Translations under genes and position numbers: made by a program
The notes under the pieces: generated by a model
Database searches by the model: none
What the model saw: only the letters and a program-made list of their open reading frames with translations
Told to the model about the DNA's origin: nothing
Assembly: GCA_963667845.2 (NCBI GenBank)
Contig: CAXXVL010000002.1
Location: 32,001-96,000, forward strand
Direction of reading: 5' to 3'
DNA length: 64,000 nucleotides
From: Smithellaceae bacterium
Lineage (GTDB): Bacteria > Desulfobacterota > Syntrophia > Syntrophales > Smithellaceae
Shown: in pieces, positions 59,019 through 64,000 of the stretch
Layout: every line of letters begins with the position of its first letter
Numbering within the stretch: the first letter of the stretch is position 1

Positions 59019-59181
59019 AAAACAGCAGACAAACCGGCTTGAGATCGCGAAACGACCTCGAGATTTTCGAGTTACTTTTCTTTGCAGAAAATCATTTAAA
59101 TCGTTCTTTTACGTTCGGCAAATAAAAAACCGGAACCGGCGCGGGGCCGATTCCGGTTCGTCTTAGGTCAGGTCACTTTTG

Positions 59182-60648
59182 TTATTCACCCCAACCGTTT
59201 TTGCCTTTGCAGCGATCCAGTTTCTGATCCATCCAGGGAAGAACTTTGGCGGCCGGAATAACGAACGTCGGGCCGTAAGACGATGAAGTCTTGTACCAAT
59301 AATACGGCGCAATATTCATGGACGCTTTCTGGCCCTCCCAGGTCACAAATTCGGAAACGGCCAGATCCTGAACGATCTTGTGATCGCACGCTCTCATTTT
59401 GACCACTTTCCCGTTCACATACTTGTACGTATCGTTTTCCCACACGGAGATAATCTTTTCCGGATCCGTGCTCTGCGCGCGTTCAATGACGCTCATCAGC
59501 CAGTAGGTAACGCTGGTCCATGAGCCGAAATTCCCGAAATAGTGTTCAAACAGTTTGCCGTTGTAAGGCGCCGTTTTCCATGTCGTCTTCCAGAGACCAT
59601 TCCAGGCCTTATAAGCCTTGATATACCCCGGTGATTTGAACTGGGGATTCGCGGTCCAGAAAGAGCTCAGGTTAACCAGGCCCTTCGTTCCTTCCACGCC
59701 GACGTCATTGAGCGTGTTGGGATCATCGATATAGACATTGGCAAAGGGCAGCATGACACCCATCTGGCGTGATTGCTTCAGAAGATTTCCGGCATCGGGA
59801 AGCCAGTCGCCTGTGAAGATAACTTCGGCACCGGAAGCCTTGATCTTCGTCAGGTACGGGGCGTAGTCGGTCAGGAAGAGTTTATGATAATCTTCACCGA
59901 CCAGGGTCGCGTCAGGATAATATTCTTTCAGGCCATTCTTGAAATTTTCGGCAAATTCATGGCCAAAAGCATAATCCTGGTTGAGGATATAAAACTTTTT
60001 CTCTTTCTTTTTGATCTGGCCGTAATAGTAGGCTAAGCCGCGGGCGTTTTGCTCCGTGGAAAAAGCGGTATGGAAAGCGTAGCGGGAGAAATTGCCGGCA
60101 TTCTGCAGGTCGTCGGACATACAGGTTGCATTAATGGCAATCACTTTGTATTTGTTAGCCGCTTCATTGATGATCCGCATCAGATGGCTTCCGTCCGTTC
60201 CCCAGAGAACATGGACTTTTTCCTGCAGGATCATGCGCTCGACCACTTTTTTACATTGATCGGCCTTACCCATATGATCAGCCTTGACGACCTCAATGAG
60301 TTTCTTCTTACCGTCTACCATGATACCGCCCCGCTTATTCAGATCGTAGGCCACCCAGTTGACAACGAGCCAGTAGATCTGGCCGTTGATCGCCGAAGGG
60401 CCGGAAAATGACGCAACGAGAGCAATCTTAATAGTGTCGCCGGTGGGTTGAGTGATATTGGCCGGATCAAAACCGGACATGTCACCCATTTTCTCCGCGT
60501 TGAAAGCCGCCTTGGCCTCCGCCGCCTTCTCCGTCTTGGCGGGTTTCGCCGCCTTAGCTGCCGCGGCGGTGGATGGTCCATAGGCCACCAGAGATAAAAC
60601 GGCGATCGTCAACAACAAAACTGAAAAACGCTGAAACAAACTTCTCAT
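59182..60648 (-). CDS. ABC transporter substrate-binding protein (LivJ/K-like)
   Basis: Signal peptide; TIKIAL..SFSGP, LNKRGGI, NQDYAFGH, DYAPYLTKIKASGA, MRACDH. Confidence 0.88.
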   Translation of the reverse strand: MRSLFQRFSVLLLTIAVLSLVAYGPSTAAAAKAAKPAKTEKAAEAKAAFNAEKMGDMSGFDPANITQPTGDTIKIALVASFSGPSAINGQIYWLVVNWVAYDLNKRGGIMVDGKKKLIEVVKADHMGKADQCKKVVERMILQEKVHVLWGTDGSHLMRIINEAANKYKVIAINATCMSDDLQNAGNFSRYAFHTAFSTEQNARGLAYYYGQIKKKEKKFYILNQDYAFGHEFAENFKNGLKEYYPDATLVGEDYHKLFLTDYAPYLTKIKASGAEVIFTGDWLPDAGNLLKQSRQMGVMLPFANVYIDDPNTLNDVGVEGTKGLVNLSSFWTANPQFKSPGYIKAYKAWNGLWKTTWKTAPYNGKLFEHYFGNFGSWTSVTYWLMSVIERAQSTDPEKIISVWENDTYKYVNGKVVKMRACDHKIVQDLAVSEFVTWEGQKASMNIAPYYWYKTSSSYGPTFVIPAAKVLPWMDQKLDRCKGKNGWGE

Positions 60649-60985
60649 GATCAAAACATCCTCCTTTTTCATTTTATCATCAAGGTTTGAAACCTGATTT
60701 CAATGCTTGCGGATGGAACATTGCGGCACGGATTACTCTTATACCAATATTCACATAAAGTCAATGAACCGTCTGTCTATAAATACATAATAATAACAAT
60801 TGATTAAATATGTAATATTTTTTATTTGAACAACGATCGCTGGTTGTATGCTGCACGGTTCTGATCCCGAAAATCGGCCCTTCCGCCCCGGGGCCTCAAG
60901 AATAAAAAGGGGACGGCCTGTATCCGTTCACTCATCCGCTTGAATTTCGGGAGACCATCGGGGTCATTCGGAATACCCGCGGGCC

Positions 60986-63079
60986 TCAGGCAAGACCATG
61001 TTCCTTTATTTTGCGATAGACGGTCATTCTGGATAGGTTCATTTTTTTGGCGATTCTGTTTTTGGGAATGCCCATGGCGATCATTTGTGAAAGTATTTTC
61101 TTCTCGGCTTTTTTCTGAAGGGAGCCGTAGTCTTTTATTTCCGAAATGATGTTGTCCGGGTTTTCAAGACCCGGTTGTCCTTCTCTTGCGCCCTGTCTGG
61201 CGGGCCTCGTGTTTACGTTGCGGAAATCCAGAATTTCGGCCGGAATAAGATCTGCCGTCAGTTCATTCGCATGAGCAACATTCATCATGCGCTCAATGAT
61301 ATTCTGCAATTCCCGGATATTCCCCGGCCAGGGATAGCTGAGAAAGGCGTCGATGACCAGCGGATCGATCCGATCGATTCGCTTCCCCATGATCTTTGCA
61401 TACTTGCCGATGAAATAATCGGCGAGGATCCTGATATCATCCGGACGTTCCTGCAGGGGTATCAACTGAATCATCAGGACATTCAACCGATAGTAGAGAT
61501 CTTCCCGGAAATTTCCTCGTTTGACTTCCTCCGGCAGATCCCTGTTGGTTGCGGCAATAATCCGGACATCGACCGGCCGGTTCCGTTTGCCGCCCAGGCG
61601 GACAATGGATTTATCCTCGATGACGCGCAGGAGGACGGCCTGCAGCTCCAGAGGCGTTTCGGCGATTTCATCGAGAAAGATCGTTCCTTCGTCGGCCAGT
61701 TCAAATTTGCCCTGGTTGCCGCCGCGGCGCGAACCGGTGAAAGCACCGTCCGAATAGCCGAAGAGTTCGCTGGCGATGAGGTCCCGCGGAATGGCCGCGC
61801 AATTGATGGCGACATACGGGCCGCTTTTCCTCTCGCTGGCGTTATGGATCGCCTGGGCGAAGATGTCTTTTCCCGTCCCGCTCTTTCCCAGAAGAAGAAC
61901 GTTCGATGTACTGTGCGCGGCAAGTCTGGCCTGCTCGATGGTCTTTAAAAATTTGGCGTTCTGCCCGTACACATCTTTGAATTGAAAATTAGCCTTGGCT
62001 CCGATCATTTTGGCAACCAGCGTCTTGACTCTCTTGATTTCCGTCAGGATGATGATTTTGCCCAGGACGTCCCCCTGCGGGGAATAGATGGGATTACAGG
62101 TCAGCGTGTAGTCGTTGCCTTCATTCTCGGAGAAAATTCTGACTTCCATGTCCGTGACGGTTTTGTCGGTGCTGATCATGCTCAGGAACCGGTTGTTGCC
62201 CCTGCTCAGGACATCGCGAATATACTGCCCCTCCGCCTTCCGGGTATCGAGGCGCAGCATTCTCCCGGCGTTCTCATTGATCAGTGACACCCGGCCGGAA
62301 TTATCAATGGTGATGAGTGCCTCGGGGATGGAGGCAATGACTGTTTTTTGATAGCTCGCCGCAATATTGGCTTCCGCGAGCGCCTTCTGGATCTGCAGTT
62401 GATTTTCAATGGCCTTGGCTGCTGCGACGGCCATGGCGAGCGTATTCGGGGACACGCCGTAATAATAGCTCATGATGCTGATGCCGCCGATGAATTTGCC
62501 GTCGGGGTCATGGATGGGAGCGCTGGAGATCGTGTCTCTGTGAAAAGCCTGCTTGTAATGCTGGGAAGCAAAAATGCGGATGGGCTGCTGCAGGACCACC
62601 AGGGTCCCCACCGCGTTGTTGCCGGCCTGCGATTCGTCCCACAGAGCGCCGACCACCCAATTTCCTTTGACGGCCGCCTCCTTGAATTCATCCCGGATCA
62701 TGATTTCCAGCAAATATCCCCGGTGATCGAAGAGAGTGATCGTAAACCGCGATCCGCTCATGAATCCATAAATATGATTCATGAAGATCCGGCTGTGCCG
62801 GATAAAGTACTCATTCTCCTTGAGCAGGGCCTGCAATTCCTTCCCGGAGAGGATCTTGTTTTGCGGTCTGGTCAGGGGATCGATTCCCATGGCCCGGCAC
62901 CGCTCCCATGATTCCAGAATGGCAGGTGGAACAATCGCGGTATTGATTCTCTTATCGCCGTTCATAAATTTCTGCCATTCTATGAGCGTACTCTGATGTT
63001 TCTTTTCAAAATATTCCGGGGCGATCGGATAGGAAACGGAATTCGCTTCCATCCCGGTATTTACATATTTTTCAGACAT
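60986..63079 (-). CDS. Sigma54-dependent enhancer-binding protein (GAF-PAS-AAA+-HTH, AcoR-like)
   Basis: ESWERC, GNNAVG, GKSGTGKD, SELFG, GAFTGS, FLDEI, FREDLYYRL, WPGNIREL, SRMTVYRK. Confidence 0.94.
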   Translation of the reverse strand: MSEKYVNTGMEANSVSYPIAPEYFEKKHQSTLIEWQKFMNGDKRINTAIVPPAILESWERCRAMGIDPLTRPQNKILSGKELQALLKENEYFIRHSRIFMNHIYGFMSGSRFTITLFDHRGYLLEIMIRDEFKEAAVKGNWVVGALWDESQAGNNAVGTLVVLQQPIRIFASQHYKQAFHRDTISSAPIHDPDGKFIGGISIMSYYYGVSPNTLAMAVAAAKAIENQLQIQKALAEANIAASYQKTVIASIPEALITIDNSGRVSLINENAGRMLRLDTRKAEGQYIRDVLSRGNNRFLSMISTDKTVTDMEVRIFSENEGNDYTLTCNPIYSPQGDVLGKIIILTEIKRVKTLVAKMIGAKANFQFKDVYGQNAKFLKTIEQARLAAHSTSNVLLLGKSGTGKDIFAQAIHNASERKSGPYVAINCAAIPRDLIASELFGYSDGAFTGSRRGGNQGKFELADEGTIFLDEIAETPLELQAVLLRVIEDKSIVRLGGKRNRPVDVRIIAATNRDLPEEVKRGNFREDLYYRLNVLMIQLIPLQERPDDIRILADYFIGKYAKIMGKRIDRIDPLVIDAFLSYPWPGNIRELQNIIERMMNVAHANELTADLIPAEILDFRNVNTRPARQGAREGQPGLENPDNIISEIKDYGSLQKKAEKKILSQMIAMGIPKNRIAKKMNLSRMTVYRKIKEHGLA

Positions 63080-63122
63080 ACTTTTTCCGTTCTTTGATTA
63101 TTATTTTCTCATTGATCATCTA

Positions 63123-63183
63123 TGTAACATGACTGTTGCCGAAATGTAACATGGCGTAACATCAATGCGACAATTGCGTAGCA
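63123..63183. promoter_or_regulatory. Candidate upstream activator sequences
   Basis: TGTAACAT twice at 22-bp spacing, TGT-N11-ACA, and TGCGACA..TAGCA, 85-145 bp upstream of the sigma54 promoter. Confidence 0.55.
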
Positions 63184-63266
63184 CAGAAATCATAAAAAAG
63201 TAACAATCATTTCGACGGAAAGCATAACACGCTAATATTGAAAGAGATATATAGTCGGCGAACATC

Positions 63267-63282
63267 TGGTACAAAGAATGCT
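63267..63282 (+). promoter_or_regulatory. Sigma54 (-24/-12) promoter
   Basis: TGGTACAAAGAATGCT: GG-N10-GC, divergent from the enhancer-binding protein gene. Confidence 0.7.
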
Positions 63283-63404
63283 AACAAGACACAATACAAA
63301 ATTATTATTTAATACCCGCGCCGATCGGCCCGGGGATTTTCACTCTGATTCAGTGATTGCCGTTCATCCGGCACAGCATTTATTTGACAGAAAGGTAAGA
63401 AACA

Positions 63405-64000
63405 ATGGAATCAAAATCCTGGCATCGTCATTACGATTACGATGTCCCCACGACCATCCGTTACCCTGAGGTACCCGCTCATAATGCTATTCACCTGTCG
63501 GCGGCGTATTTTCCCCAAAAAGCGGCCGTCAATTTTTACGGCACGGAACTGACCTTTGTCGAGCTGCGCGAACAGATGCTGCGGTTCGCCAACGCCATGG
63601 GAGCGCTGGGTGTCAAGAAATCGGAAAGGGTCGGCATTGCCCTGCCCAATTGCCCGCAGTACATCATCGCTTACCTGGCCGTTCTTTCTCTGGGCGGCAT
63701 CGTGGTCAACATGAACCCCCTGTATACCCATGACGAGCTCAAGTTCATGATGGAAAATACCGGCATGGAAACCCTGATTACCTTTGACGGCGCGTTGCCC
63801 ACCATGAGGCCGCTGGCCAAAGAGCTGGGGCTCACGCGAGTGATCGTCACGCGGCTGACGGACTACATGAAGGAATTCGATGTGAGCACGGCCAAAAGCC
63901 TGGGGCTGGAGGACGGCTGGCACCATTTTTCCGCGCTCTTGAAAAACTGCAGCAATAAAAGCATCCCGCGTGTCACCATCGCCCCCGGTGATTCGGCCAT
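63405..64000 (+). CDS. Long-chain fatty acid-CoA ligase (N-terminal part, runs off the window)
   Basis: Translated by hand: MESKSWHRHYDYDVPTTIRYP...FYGTELTF...LGVKKSERVGIALPNCPQYIIAY...VNMNPLYT. Confidence 0.9.
   Translation, partial: MESKSWHRHYDYDVPTTIRYPEVPAHNAIHLSAAYFPQKAAVNFYGTELTFVELREQMLRFANAMGALGVKKSERVGIALPNCPQYIIAYLAVLSLGGIVVNMNPLYTHDELKFMMENTGMETLITFDGALPTMRPLAKELGLTRVIVTRLTDYMKEFDVSTAKSLGLEDGWHHFSALLKNCSNKSIPRVTIAPGDSA

Overview
This is a chromosomal window from a moderately GC-rich anaerobic bacterium. Gene content and style (sigma54 enhancer-binding protein with fatty-acid-CoA ligase, NDP-forming acyl-CoA synthetases, 2-oxoacid:ferredoxin oxidoreductase, HEAT plus HD-GYP pair) suggest a Syntrophales-like deltaproteobacterium; that assignment is inference. 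It holds about 50 mostly metabolic, regulatory and envelope genes, with an AT-richer accessory patchwork at about 17.6-26.5 kb. I found no tRNA, rRNA, CRISPR array or intact transposase. Signals the ORF track does not explain: (1) two paralogous ~150-nt rod-shaped non-coding RNA genes (18041-18195 and 31656-31803, minus strand), each with its own sigma70 promoter, compensatory base changes and 6S-RNA-like ends; (2) a MerB-like gene split by an in-frame UGA at the catalytic Cys position and followed by a SECIS-like hairpin, probably a selenoprotein (27691-28290); (3) a modular palindromic repeat family in 8 copies, two of which bracket an orphan mreB in inverted orientation, plus three other MITE/REPIN-like elements; (4) a LexA-family gene with a GAAC-N4-GTTC palindrome inside its own promoter; (5) a cold-shock cluster encoding a Cys-rich stand-alone sigma70 region 4 mini-protein; (6) a hicB gene with an inactivated hicA.
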